Source: Syncephalis fuscata S228 (lineage: Eukaryota > Fungi > Zoopagomycota). Taken from it: a stretch of DNA of 64,000 nucleotides. Position 1 is the first letter of the stretch; each line of letters starts with the position of its first letter. This document shows, piece after piece, positions 14,557 to 28,719 of the stretch. Position numbers and translations under genes: made by a program. The notes under the pieces are model-generated. The model worked only from the letters and a program-made list of their open reading frames with translations, was not told where the DNA came from and made no database searches. Location: positions 372,001 to 436,000 of the forward strand of contig JAHLTZ010000014.1 in the NCBI GenBank assembly GCA_025786725.1. Reading direction: 5' to 3'.

Positions 14557-14760
14557 TATACACATACATACATAATTGATCATGTAGTTTATATGTAAAG
14601 AAATGGTAGACATCGTCCATAAACTTATACGCAGATAAACAGATAAACCCGATACATTCTGTATAATGACATGGTTTAAAGATTAATTTTAAAACATGTA
14701 CAGTGTTGTCAATAAGCGAGACTGGGCAATGAAATAGTCGTAGTTACCACTACCAAACGA

Positions 14761-15561
14761 CTAGTAAGAATAAGAATCGCGAGTGAAATTAGGATTTGTA
14801 ATAAATGCCACCAATACTTTGCTTCCCGTTTGCAATAAAGGATGACCAGCCACACTAAAGTAATCATTAGTTTATTTACTCTGTACTAGACTTGACTCAT
14901 TATTACTATTGTAAATGTACTTACACTTGCAAGAATCGTTCAAGTCCTTCACGGCGTGTCTCAATCACTTCATCAACAAATCGATTTGTAAATACTTTGC
15001 CTGGTAATTGCGGGATATTGACTCGTGTCGATTCGCGCTCTAAATTATCACGAAGCCACTCAAAATCACTGTAACGACGACGTACTGCTGAACTCGATAC
15101 TTTAAAGGCTGGGATATTTGTCTACCATCAAATATGTTACATTGCATGACGTCAGTTATAGTATATCACGTGTCTTAATGATGCATATCTTTTATATGCA
15201 TTTTACATTAATGCTTATCTGCCCACCCATCTCACACAGCACTCATATTTATCTATATCTATGCCTATATCTATGTCTATTTATATTATATTTGTATTAA
15301 TAATTACTTACTCGACAAACAATCTCATAATCAGTAAACATTTTACGACCAATTCCTATTAATATCATTAATCAAATGTTTAATCGATACAAATTGGCCA
15401 ATTTGATGACCAATGAACATTGTTTTACCGTGCGTTTGTGGATTACGTATTTCAATTTCCAAAAAGTTTTCTGGAATGCCATACATGTCATCTACGTCTT
15501 GATCTCGAGATTCAAGACGAGCCATGGCTGGCGAAGTAGCTTCTTTACCGTCGCTTGCCAT
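14761..15561 (-). CDS. SNX3: Sorting nexin 3 (PX domain); probable 5'-UTR intron upstream
   Basis: [43 protein letters not shown]. Confidence 0.95.
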
Positions 15562-16223
15562 TGTCTATTATATATACACCAGCAAATAGTGGATTAGTTG
15601 GCAATTCACCCACAATCAATAGCACACTATTAAATAAAACTTACTTTTTTGTTTCCAAGTAACTTTAAGATGAATCACAAGGTGTTTTAAATGTGCTATC
15701 GTAGAGATAGCCAAGAAGGGTAGAAAAAAAGAAAAGAAGTTTACAGAAGTGTTGGTGTCGACACTACGGTTCTTTGGAATATAAAGTAATAAAAAAGAAA
15801 TGGAATCAACGAGGAGGATATAGATGTCGTAATTTAGACGACAACGACCAAAGGAATCAAGACGAAGAAAGCAATGACGACAGTGACAACGACGATAGAA
15901 AAGAAAGGTTGGCGTGGCAGTATTTGGCAGGCTGGGAATAGATAGATAGAGAGAGCGTGTGTGTGTGTACGCATATATTTACGATGAATCATTCTATTTT
16001 CTAGTATATATCACGTGAATCCATCTATTTTCATTAAATGCTTATAATTAACTCGGTTTATTTTGTTGACCATATATATAAATATAAATATATCTACATA
16101 TTTATATAACACGTAGTTATTGGTCGTTATTATTGTCATCTTGATTACTTGCCATTATCGCGGATAGCCGACTGTAGTGTCGACCTTTAATAAGCGAATA
16201 GAACGACCACCGCAATACTAGCG

Positions 16224-17913
16224 ATGACAATACCAATAAAGACATCTTGGTCGTTGGTCGGTGCAATAGGTGCCTGCGCGATCGGTCTCTATACACTCTG
16301 GAAGTTGACGGGACAGCAGAAAAAGAAACAAAGCCTTGATACAAATGCGTCGGCTATTGAGACAGAGCAATCAGGATCGCGTGAAGGACAGCATTTGTTA
16401 AATCTACTTTATGCAATTGCTGAAAAACAGGCCCGTAAAGGTAAAGTGGTAGATCGAAAGAACGATATAGTTATTGAGTACTAATATAATAACTATTGCT
16501 ATTGAGTAGAAGGATTTGTTCACTGTAAGTGACGAGATATAAGCAATAGATCCATTATAACAGTCTATGTAATCATATACTGTATAGATGGTGTGTCTTG
16601 TAATCTTTGTTCTACAACACCAATTCGCGGTATTCGATATAAATGCAGTATATGTGCCGATTTTGATCTATGTGAAGGGTAAATAATAATAATAACAGAT
16701 TATTAATGTTATATGTCTAATTATATAATTATATAATATAACAATAATAGATGTGAACAACAATCACCAGAGTGCCATTATCGCACACATGTATTTCTAA
16801 AAATCCGTATTCCTATTCCGCCACTTGCTAATTCAAGTGTACCACTTTTACAATCCCTGTATCCAGGTAAGTTATATGGTGATAGCTGTTATAGTGATTT
16901 ATATAGCCATACGCTTACATTGAATTAGGCCGACCCTTCAATGATGCTACATTAGCTTGGGACCAGCTAAGAGTTATTAGAAATCATACACGTTGTAAGT
17001 ATGATATTAAATAAAAGGCGGCCAGGTATATCTAATCGGCATCTATTATGTATATAGTTGAACAATCTGAAGTAGAAGCACTGTATGAACAAGTAAGTGC
17101 ATATTGTAATACTAGAAATGGTATTAAAGTATTAATAAATAATTCAAGTTTAAAACACTTTCATCGGCTGAATTACCCGATACACAAGAGTCAGCCATTA
17201 ATCGTACTGATTTCCAACGCTGTCTTAGACGACTTGGTGAACGTCAATTCCTAGTGGTAGATCGTTTATTTCACTTTTTTGATCAGAATGGCGATGGGCT
17301 CATATCATTTTCCGAATTTGTGGCCGGTATTTCCACGCTGGGTCGTGGTAATTTTGAAGAAAAGATTCGCTGTAAGATGACTAGTTTATGAAGGTTGCTA
17401 TTACTTATTAAATGGTACACTAGATGTTTTCAAGGGATATGATCTTGATAACGATGGATTTGTAAGTAAAAGTGAGATGCATGCTGTCTATTCATCTTTT
17501 GTTCAGTTAAGCATGGAATGTAAGTAGTATAACAATAGTAATGCTAGTAATGATAGTAATACATGTCGATTATGCTAGTGGCGCGCTGTAATGTAGCAGC
17601 GGGTAATCTTGCTCGTGCTGCTACGCATGAATACTCACTAAGCCAGCCAGTATCATCGGCATTTACTAGTTATGCCGGATTCGAGACAGTTAGCGATACT
17701 ACCGTGTCAAAACAATCCATCTCAGCGGTAGTATCCTTGGGTCAGAAACAGCCTACATTACGATCCTTTACCCAAGAAATTGTCGATAGTTTTGTTAATC
17801 AAGTTTACAAAGAATTTGACTCGGATCAACTATCATTTACGGATTTTAGACGGGCTGTATTGGCCGATTCGCAATTAATGAGCTGGTTTGAATGTCTCGG
17901 TACTATATTTTAA
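16224..17913 (+). CDS. N-terminally membrane-anchored ZZ-type zinc finger + EF-hand protein
   Basis: Hydrophobic N-terminus; [30 protein letters not shown] finger; EF hands [13 protein letters not shown] and [12 protein letters not shown]. Confidence 0.88.
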
Positions 17914-17964
17914 GCCATAGCATATCAACAGTATTTTATTGTTATTATTAAGTAAAAACAACAT

Positions 17965-19284
17965 CTAGTCATCCTCAATAGTAGGATTGTTTCGTGCTTC
18001 TTGGGCCAGTTGATTGAAATCCGGAACTGATTCTCCATAAGCAAGATCGACAATCTCCAAGGGGAATTGATTAAGTAGGCCGGTACCAGTATTAATCTGG
18101 CCCGCTTCAGCCGGCATTAAACGTACCACTGTAACACCGGTTGCTACATCTAATAAAATGTAATAATAGCATATATTAATATTATCAATGAATGATTTAA
18201 CAACAAATACTTACCCATTGCTGTCAATTCTTCCCAACTAAAAAGTAAAGGATTGGTGGAACCGCCAAAGGGTGCAAAATCGATAATTAACATAGTCGCT
18301 TCTGGCTCAAGCTTATCAAAATAGATATCGAAGACGACTGTAAAATGAATTAGTATTGAATTTAATGAGCTAACTAACTTACAGTTTGATTGTTCAAACT
18401 TGTCTTTAACAATATTTATATAAAAATATCTAATGGCATTTAAAATCTTATTTTTAACTGGTTTAAGAAATGCATAATGTGCCATATCTCGTTGTGATAT
18501 TGCTAAAATACGTAATTTGTATTAATATTTATAATATTTATAACCGTTTGTCACTCATACCTATTAACTGATTCTCTCGAACAAAGCATCGAAATTCATG
18601 AGCTGGATTAATTGTTCTCCATTGACGAAGTACCAATACAGGTGATACTTTGTCAGTAGGCGGTGAACAACAATCGTCATAAGCATGTTGTAAATCATGT
18701 ACAATGACATCAGAGCTTTTTAAAAGTAATAAAATATCTGCAAATGATATACAATTTAGATTTCTTGTAGGTGCAATCCAAGCAGCATCCTATTCATCCT
18801 ATTAAATATGTTATTAACATTTTATTTAATTTCTAATTACCTTGGGTGCACTCCAATTTAATTTAGGGAAAACTGAGCCACCTAATTGTTTAATCGCTGT
18901 ATTGACTTGCTCCTCAATCATTGGAAACTTTACAGGATACTATTACAAAGTTGTTAATAACGTTAATGTTATTATATTAAATAGCTATTACCTTATTACT
19001 TTCTTCAGACTCACTATCCGAGTCATCACTCCACGCAGACTTGCTATATACAATTGTGTTAATAGCTATTGGATAGTTACACTTGGTATCTAGTTACGCA
19101 ACGATGTTTGTCGTCCACTTTCAATAACAATGCCGTCAGCTAGTAGGAATTCAGCAAATTCTGTCGATAGTGGAACAACCTTTGACGCAAACGTATATCG
19201 TCTAAAACGAGTATACCAAGTGGCAAATGAACATTCACTAACAGCCTCAGCCGTTGGTTTTAATGACTCTGCGCTGTCAGTCAT
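17965..19284 (-). CDS. CDC123: eIF2 assembly factor Cdc123 (D123)
   Basis: CSFATWY, VFPKLNWSAPKDAAWI, LLLKSSD, EFRCFVR, ISQRD, NPLLFSWEEL. Confidence 0.95.
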
Positions 19285-19431
19285 AATAGCTATTGCCGTA
19301 ATATATATTTGTGTAAATAGTGTAATTAAAGGCAAAAAAGAAGAAAAATATTTCATCAGGGCCAATTCTTCTACTACGCGTTCATATTTACAACTCTACT
19401 TATTTGTACTGTTTGTTTAAGTGTATCAGCC

Positions 19432-20546
19432 ATGAGTCAGACCGAGATTCCCGAGGGATACGTCCCAATCACTGAAGGCAAAGCAACTATTCTATTTCCA
19501 AACACTAATGAAGTGTTTTACAATCCAGTGCAGCAGTTTAATCGGTAAGTTTATTATTGTTATTAAATAGGACACTATGTCAACGATAACCACCGTATTA
19601 GTGATATGTCAATTGCTGCGATAAAAACATGGGGTGTAGAGTATTTGAAGACGAGAAAGAGACGGTATAGCGATAATGGTCCAGTAACTGCCGACCGTGG
19701 CTTTTCCGTTCTTGAAGCGTTATCGGCGACTGGATTGCGCTCTATTCGATATGCCAAAGAAATCGAATCACTTGATCATGTAGTGGCCAATGATATTGAA
19801 CCAGATGCAGTTAAATCGATTAGAAGGAATATGGCACACAATGGCGTATCTGAAGATAAAATACGCCCAAGTGAACGTGATGCTTGGTAAGTTATACGAT
19901 AATAGATTTTATGATCATTCATTATAATATACAACAGCGCACTTATGTATGAGTGTCGTGACCCAATTAAACAATTTGATGTTATTGATCTTGATCCATA
20001 TGGCTCAGCCTCTCCTTTCCTTGATGGTGCAGTACAAGCAGTTGCTGATGGTGGTAAGCTGGTGTTTTGATGCTTTATAATAGACCTTTTATTTATTTGT
20101 TTGTTTGTTTGTTTATTTAGGTCTGTTGTGTATTACTTGCACTGATTTGGCTGTTCTAAGCGGGAGTAATCATCCTGAGACATGGTATGTAAATTAAATT
20201 AATTGTATTTGATAGTCTAATTAATTAATGTAATTAGTTTTGCAAAATATGGTGGCACACCTGTACGTGCTGAATTCTGCCATGAAATGGTTAGTATTTA
20301 TCAAATTAATTTACATCAATATTTATTGATATATATATATTATTAAATATATATCCATTAGGCTTTACGTCTTGTATTGCATTCACTCCAGACATCGGCT
20401 GCTAGATACAAGCGCTGTATTACACCACTAGCATCATTCAGTATTGATTTCTATATTCGTATGTTTGTTCGTGTGCATACTTCGCCAAAGGGAGTGAAAC
20501 AAGTAGCAAAGTAAGTAAAATGTATCTATTACCAAATATTTATAAC

Positions 20547-20577
<31 letters not shown>

Positions 20578-21608
20578 GTAGTAAAACGGCTATGATTTAT
20601 CATTGTACAGGCTGTCGTTCATTTACTGAACAGCCACTTGGTAAAATAACCACGAATGGTACTCAAGAAAAGTTTGGTGTTGCCTCGGCACCAACTGCCA
20701 ATTCACCATGTCAATACTGCGGTCATACATTGCATGTAAGTATTTATAAAGTATATATATATAGTTAATTACTTATGGTCATTATATGTTTATGATATTG
20801 ACTTACTATAGATTGGCGGTCCTTATTGGAGTGCACCCATTCATAATGCTGAATTTTTGAGTCGTATGCTTGAACATGTTAAAACATCTGAAGGATTATA
20901 TGCAACTCAACCTCGTATGATTGGTATGCTATCAGTAGCATCTGAGGTAAGATATAAATAACCAAATAAAATACAATTTATTTAAGCTATTTTTATAATT
21001 AGGAACTTGATGTACCATTCTATTACACACTCTCTGCACTGGCCAGTGCTGTTCAAGGCAATACACCACCACTACCTATAGTATTGTAAGTGAATTCAAC
21101 AATAAACATATGTATGGCCATTTAACACATGTCATCTATATATTAATAATAATAACAATCTAGTTCGGCCATTTTGAATCTGGGCTATAAAGTATCCGTA
21201 TCACATGCCGCCCGTGGATCCATTAAGACAAATGCACCCACATCAGTACTATGGGATATTATGCGTAGTTGGGTAAGTAATTTACTTGAATCATATACAA
21301 TATATTAATTCACTATAATATTTATATATTGAATCAATAGATTCAATCACATCCTGTAGTGACAAAGAATATTAAAGATGGTTCACCGGCTTCACGTCTA
21401 TTAGCCACTGAGATAGGGTATGTAATAGACAAGTGTTTAATCTATTAAATATTAACATGTTACAATAACAACTAGTACCCAAATTGATTTCACTGAACAT
21501 CCAGAGGCAAATTCCGAATCAAAGAAACATAAACTTGTACGTTATCAAGAGAATCCGGAAAAGTACTGGGGGCCCAAAGCTAGTGCCAAACGATCACGTA
21601 ATCAATAA
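19432..21608 (+). CDS. TRM1: tRNA (guanine26-N2)-dimethyltransferase
   Basis: [47 protein letters not shown]. Confidence 0.97.
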
Positions 21609-21922
21609 ATAATACCAAATGGTCATCATTACAATTATTATAACTATTGTATCAAATTACTATATATTTATATTTATTATTATTGTTACTATTATTACTA
21701 TTATTACTATTAATGCTATATATATAATAAAATAATGAAATAATAATAATAATGGTAAAAGGAATGAAATATCTTTGTAATGTAAATTGGTATTACTGCC
21801 ACCAATGATAAAAACAATAATCACAACAATAATCACAATAACAACAACAACAACAATATAGTAACTGCAATTATTAGGTGAATATAGGATAGGGTGGAAA
21901 TGAATAAAAGAATAGACAACGA

Positions 21923-23355
21923 TTAAGCGAGTGGAGTACGATTGTAGCGTCGACGGAACATATCATCGACGTGTTCAAGGTAGAAAGTACCAGGGAACAG
22001 ATTATCAAGATTACCGACAGGTGTATACGAACGCAATTGGTGTGTTTCTTCACGTAGTGCCATGACCTTTTCATAGTCAACTGGTGGTATATCAACACGA
22101 GAGGCCAAGCGTTGAACGATATTAAGCTGCTGGGCAATATTGGCCGTATCGCCCACTACAATGAACGAAAACATACTCGCAGCAGATCCAGATCCATATG
22201 AGAATAGTGTAATACGCTTGCCAAGTAATTCGGTATTGGATACTTGAGAGACTAGTGCGGCAAGGCCGCCATACGTTGATCCACAGTACATATTACCAAT
22301 CTGTTTAGCTGCATACAATGCAGTATCGGCCTTAAACTTGTAGATATCCTTGGAGATGGCCACAAAAGCACGCTCCATTACTTTATCAGTGTAGGATTGC
22401 TTGACAGGCACATCAATATAGGCTTGTCGTACGGAAGCGTAGCGTTCATTATCTGGATCACGCTTGAAATCAAGCATAGAAATATGCGCTACAGCCTTTT
22501 GAACCTGCTTCGTAAATGGCGAATGGCCAACAAAGTAGTCAATTAAATCGGCATTGCCATTCTGTACACCAAGTTTCTTTTCTAGCTTTGAAATGTAGCC
22601 TTGATAGCATGTATCGAATGATTTTAGATACGAGGCAACACTTAGTGCACCATCAACAACGGGAAATTCTGAGGAAAGATCTGGCTTGTAAAAGTCGTAT
22701 AAATGCTCCATATGCGTGCTACGTGCACCATGTTCAATCACAATGGGGGCATTCGGGCCAATTAGCATAGCAACGGCACCGGCACCACCCGTTGGACGGG
22801 CACTGCCCGATGAATAAATGGCCAAATCACCGGCCACGACTAGAGCGAGACGGCCATCCCACGACGATGACTCGACCCAGTTAATAGCGTTGAAAAGAGC
22901 ATTGGTACCGCCATAGCAGGCATTCGTTGTATCGATACCTTCCACTTCATAGTTGCCACTATCAGCGAACAGTTGCATCAACACCGATTTAACTGATTTG
23001 CTCTTATCGACAATTGTTTCAGTACCGACTTCCAATCGGCCGATATTGGCGTAAGAAATACCGTACTTCTCCATCAATGAGCTTACAACGGTTAAACAGA
23101 TGAATGGATATCTTCACGGTCGTCGACGAAGGCCATCTTTGTTTGACCAAGACCAATTGTGTATTTGCCGGTAGAGGCACCGTCATGCTTCTCGAGTTCG
23201 GCCTGATCGACGCAAGTCTTTGGAAAATAGATATCCATAGCGAGAATACCTACATTCGCCGGACGATATTGACGATCTTCAGTAGCATTATTATTGGTAG
23301 TGGCTGGTGTAGAGCCGTTGGCATGGCCATTATGATAAGCAGCAGCGGCCGTCAT
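21923..23355 (-). CDS. ERG13: HMG-CoA synthase, intronless, with a 1-nt deletion near 23102 splitting the ORF
   Basis: [26 protein letters not shown], catalytic NACYGGT, GNMYCGS, SYGSG; restoring one base gives the canonical DIHSICLTVV. Confidence 0.95.
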
Positions 23356-23649
23356 GATGAATAAGTACTTGATGAGTATAGTAGAGTAAAAGGTAAAGTA
23401 TTTAATAAGCGCCAAGCTGGTAAAATAACCGTGGAATAATGCTATAGCTATAACTAACTAACTAACAATAGTTTGTTCAACAACAACAATGACAATAATA
23501 ACACGCGTAGTAGTGAGAAGAAGAAGTCAATAAAAAATGATTCACCACTAATAACAGAACTAAAACCCGACTACTTTATAGCAATAGTCTTAAATGGCAG
23601 GCTGAGAAGGCGCGTCTCTTTTTGTTCATATCATGTGTACAAGCATAAC

Positions 23650-24107
23650 ACTCGTATGATCTGAGATGTAAATCGATATAACCTTTTGATGTGTTGATTG
23701 GTCAATAGATTCATCACCTCACGTAGAAGTTAAGCCGATTGGGGCACACGAAGTCGTTATCAATTGATGATTGATGAACCACGCCATACACATCCCATGC
23801 GTACACACACAGGCCTCAATAAATCTATGTCTGGCCTATACTTAAAGCGTCTCTAGTTATTAATATTAATATTATTGTAAAAAGTTTTTATTAGCACCTG
23901 GATAGGTACCCCAGCTTTGGACAAATATGCCATTACATTACAATCTCCTCGCAGTCATGCACTTTATTATCTAAACCAAGAGTAAACGTTTTTTCAGCTC
24001 AAAAGAATAACACATTGGTTAATCTACCACAAGTGGTTGCACTTGTCTGGCTAGATGACACGTGTGGCAGCATGTTTAGATCACGTGGTACACGGGTACC
24101 ACGTAAT
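23650..24107. promoter_or_regulatory. Candidate sterol-regulatory elements in the shared ERG13/ERG20 promoter
   Basis: ATCACCTCAC 23713-23722 between ATTGG boxes at 23697 and 23738; CACGTG at 24059 and 24082; palindrome ACGTGGTAC-N4-GTACCACGT 24083-24104. Confidence 0.45.
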
Positions 24108-24565
24108 CAGTATGTCGCGCAAGTTATAAAAGCTGACCCATTGACATTTACTAATAAACTTAGTTCAGTTTCAATATTTAATTTTATTATTATCTATCAG
24201 TGTTTTATTTGCCTTGTCAAATTGCTCAGCTCCCCCTTTAATAACAATACAACAATACGTAAAGACACCCAATAATTGATACAATAAAGTTTGATTTGCA
24301 AAAAAATTGTCTTTCTTTTATTCAATTTGTGGCATTACATCTTTATATAAATAGCGTGGTAAATTCAACATGGCGGAGTCGGTCAGTATAACTTCTCATA
24401 CTGATTAAATAAAATTGCTCATTTCACGATTTCTTTCCCATGTTATTATCATTATACTCGTTGACTATTACTACCCTCAACTTGCCTTATCTTTCTTCCA
24501 CTTTTCTAACAGACTTGTTATTCGTTATTTAGTACTGCTGTAAAAACACAATTACTAACTACACA

Positions 24566-26108
24566 ATGGAACGCACTGAATTTGAAAATACTTTCTATGT
24601 CCTGGCTCAGGATATTTTATCCGAGCTGCCTCGTCTTGGTATGCCACAAGAAGCGGCTACATGGATCGAAAAGGTAGGTGATAACTACAAAGCTTTATTC
24701 ATATATTTATATAATACTAATATATATATATATATATCTGTATATAATAGTGTATTATGCATACTGTACCAGGCGGTAAAATGAACCGTGGTCTAAGTGT
24801 TGTGGATACGCTACGTGAACTGCGTGGAGAAGCAACTATTACACCAGAAGAATTGCATAAAGCGCGTGTACTTGGCTGGTGTGTTGAATGGGTAAGTAGT
24901 AACTAGTAACTAGTAACTAGTAATTAATGTTATTCGATATACTTGTATTATAATAGCTACAAGCCTTTTTCCTAGTATCCGATGATATTATGGATAGTTC
25001 AAAGACACGTCGTGGCATGCCATGCTGGTATCGTGTGGTAAGTAAAACTATTATAATTGATAGTATTGTATTATTTACAAAACTATGGTTGTTTATTATA
25101 GGAAAAAGTTGGCACCATTGCTATTAACGATGCGTTCATTCTCGAGTCATGTATCTACCGTCTATTGAAGAAGTACTTCCGACAAGACTCTTTCTATGTG
25201 AATCTCCTTGAGCTATTCCATGAAGTAAGTGATTAATATGAATAATATGACATATTACTTATAGTGACTATCATAGACATCATACCAAACGGGATTGGGT
25301 CAATTGCTTGATTTATTGACAGCTCCAGAAGATGATATTGATCTATCCCGTTTCTCTATTGAAAAGTAAGTAGTATTGTGTATAGATTAATATATTTTAT
25401 TAACTAACTACTTGTTAATAATTATCAGATATCGTTGGATTGTTACTTATAAAACTGCATTCTATTCCTTTTATCTTCCAGTTGCATTGGCTATGATTAT
25501 GGTAATACATTTAATATTACTATTGATATGGCTATTAACGTATATTTATATTTATTATTTAGAATGGTGAAAAGCGAGAGGAGGCCTTTGAACAAGCCAA
25601 GAGTGTTCTTATTCCTCTTGGTGTCTATTTCCAAGTACAAGTAAGCGATAATAGTCATTGGTTAATTGAAATAACCAATAAAGTAATAGGATGATTATCT
25701 TGACTGCTTTGGCGCACCTGAGGTTATTGGCAAGATTGGCACCGATATTGAGGATAACAAGTGTTCATGGCTTATTGTCCAAGCATTAGATCGTGTCAAT
25801 GCAGAACAACGCCAAATCCTTGAGGTAAATAGTCTATCTATATACTATTATAGTATTAACTAACCACTATAATGTTATATTATTATTATTGTTATTATTG
25901 ATAGGCCCATTATGGTCGACGTGAAGAAGCCGATGTAGCCAAAGTTAAACAAGTCTACCAGGAATTGGATCTAGAGACTGTCTATCGTCAATATGAAGAG
26001 AAAAGCTACCAAGAAATAGCTGAATTAATTACCAAGACAAATAAGGATCTAGTAGTGCCAAGTGTATTTGAAAAGTTTGTAGCCAAGGTTTACAAGCGCA
26101 GCAAATAA
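24566..26108 (+). CDS. ERG20: Farnesyl diphosphate synthase, multi-exon
   Basis: [47 protein letters not shown]-terminal YKRSK. Confidence 0.97.
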
Positions 26109-26201
26109 TATTAATAATGATAATGAATACAAATAGTAACTATTATGTTAGCTAACTACTATACTATTATTATTGTTATTATTATTGTTAGTATCCTTAT
26201 T

Positions 26202-27127
26202 TTATGCATTATCTTGTGGTACAGTTGTTGTTCGTTGACGGCGACGGACCCGTTGCATAAAACTACTTAATAAAACATCTCGTTCAAGTAAAAGACGTCG
26301 TATTTTAAGGCGTGCTTTGTCGTGTTCGTCAGCAAATTCACTATGCTGTCGCTTTACAAAATGAAATCGATCCTTTAAATGTTCATATCGCTCAGTTATC
26401 GGTAGGCTATTTAGATCGTCGTCATCAGAGTCGTGTAAAGCATTGGTATTACTAGATGGTTCAGACTCATCCCCAGATGATACTAATGCTTCAATAAGCG
26501 CCCGTCCTTCTAGTATAACAGGTTTTGGATGAATTACTGGCTTGGGTTTTGCCGTTGTTGTACCATTAGGACCGAATGTAACATCTCTGGCTTCTGGTGC
26601 ATTGGCGTGTTGACACTTTAAATGCTTGTCAAAGCATCCGATCTATTATTGATCATTAGTACTTGGAATGGCTATTCCATCATTATAACTTACCGTGAAA
26701 AGCTTTTATCGCATTCGGGCACTGGACAGTGGAATGGCTTCTCCCCTGTATGACCACGCATATGAGAAATAAGGGCAAATCTTGATGTTTGCATTGTTCC
26801 TTTACGCGAACAACCCTCCCAATAGCATGCATAGTTATGACGTTTACGTCCAATATGTTCTATCGATAGATGCTCAACCAAGTCTTGTAAATCACCAAAT
26901 GTTGTCCCACAATTAGTCCATCGACAAAGTACTTCAGGTGCTGGCTGTATGCTATCAGTCTTTACTTCATGACTTGTAGGTCCTACAGGTGTGCTGTGTT
27001 CCATAGTGCTATTGCTGTTATTGCTAGAACTGCTAATAAGTCTTTGAAATGTATGCTGTCCACCCGACTCTTGTAGATGCATCGTTGATTGTTTGTGTTT
27101 GTGGTGATGTGGCTTATCTGGACCCAT
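26202..27127 (-). CDS. C2H2 zinc-finger protein similar to S. pombe INO80 subunit Iec1; apparent 1-nt deletion near 26627
   Basis: SRFALISHMRGHTGEKPFHCPVPECDKSFSR|SDAL(T)KHLKCQH and a C-terminal coiled coil; one intron ~26643-26693. Confidence 0.8.
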
Positions 27128-27424
27128 ATTGTTATTTATTAACAAAGATAAAAGGGAAAGTAAAGTAAAGAAGTGGTGGCATTAAGTGTTAGTAGTCTAT
27201 CTTTCATTTTTACAGTTTAATTAAACCATCCACACATTAAATGATATCACGTCTTTCCTTGATTGCCCGACTATTGACTGCACACTACAGCGATCACATC
27301 TTGTCCTTCTATTATTCCGTACTCGTTGATCTATCAACTTGCTTGCACGCATACACCCACTCACAGACACCTACTTGCGTACGTGCGTCCATCCACCAAT
27401 ACCCCACCATATCAGTAGTTAGCT

Positions 27425-28436
27425 ATGTCTTCAATTCGCTTCGGTCAATCCTTTTTGCGTCAAGTAGGTATACTAATGGATCTATATCAAGATTAACTTA
27501 CGAATGGCCATATTTTATCAATGGTAGGTTGCACGCGGTTACGCGACTGCTTCCGGCTCCGTTCAGGTAGGTTTAGTGGTATAATATTGTGTAATCGATT
27601 AGATTCCAGCTATAATATGATAGTATTGGCTATAATATTGATGATGATTAATAACACGTGTAATATTTGTATATGCATTGATATAGCCACCGCTAGTCTT
27701 GCACGGTATTGATGGCCGTTATGCTAGTGCATTGTTCACGGCTGCTGCCAAAAAGAATGCACTCGATGCCGTTGAGGGTGATCTTACGCGTATTAAGGGC
27801 ATTGTTGAGAAGGACGAAGGTATCCAAAGCTTTTTGAAGAACCCAACTGTGGACCGTAAACAAAAGCGTCAAGGTGTCGATTCATTGCTTAACAAGGGCA
27901 AATACTCTGAAGTGACCACGAACTTATTTGACTTGCTTGCGGAGAATGGCCGTCTTGGTGAAACGACTAAGATCATCGATGCCTATTCATCACTTATGAT
28001 GGCTCACCGTGGTGAAGTATTGGCCACTGTTACCTCTGCCAAGGTAAAATAATTAAACGCGATAGTCAATATGAACTGTTTAGCTAATATAGCCCATGGC
28101 AATATGATGTCGATATATTACATATTAGGCTTTAGATGCTAGCACATTGCGTCAATTAAAGGATAGTTTGAGCAAAAGCGATTTAGCTGGTGCCGGCAAG
28201 ACATTGAAAATGGAAAACAAGGTAAGTATTTATTAATAATAATATAACAATATAACATAATATAATATAGGTCAATCCAGCTATTCTAGGTGGTTTAATC
28301 GTTGAAGTAGGCGATAAGACGATTGATGTCTCGGTATCGTCAAAGATTACAAAATACAACAAGATGTTGCTTGGTAAGTGTATATACTAGTTAATTACTA
28401 TCTTCTTATCATTGTTCTATTACAGATCAAATCTAA
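27425..28436 (+). CDS. ATP5: Mitochondrial ATP synthase OSCP subunit
   Basis: Presequence VARGYATA; PPLVLHGIDGRYASALF, LLAENGRL, ILGGLIVEVGDKTID. Confidence 0.97.
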
Positions 28437-28719
28437 GCTTACCAGCCGATCTATCAACTTTATGCGCCTGTCTTTGTTGATTATACAAATGATAACGGGT
28501 AATAATCATGGTTATCCCGTTGTTGGTATCATTTAAATAAACAACCCATGACTCTACTTTATATTAACCAATTTTATTATCATTATAATGTAAATTGATA
28601 TTATGCTATAAGCTGTAAATCACAAGGTTTTGTTTCTTATAATATAGGATTAATTTGCAATATAATATAATAAGGCTTGTGCACAAGTATAGCAAGTGTA
28701 TTAAATGTGAATTATGTGT

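Noticed and set aside
23092-23110. Programmed -1 ribosomal frameshift in ERG13
   Set aside because: No slippery heptamer, and similar 1-nt deletions occur elsewhere in the window.
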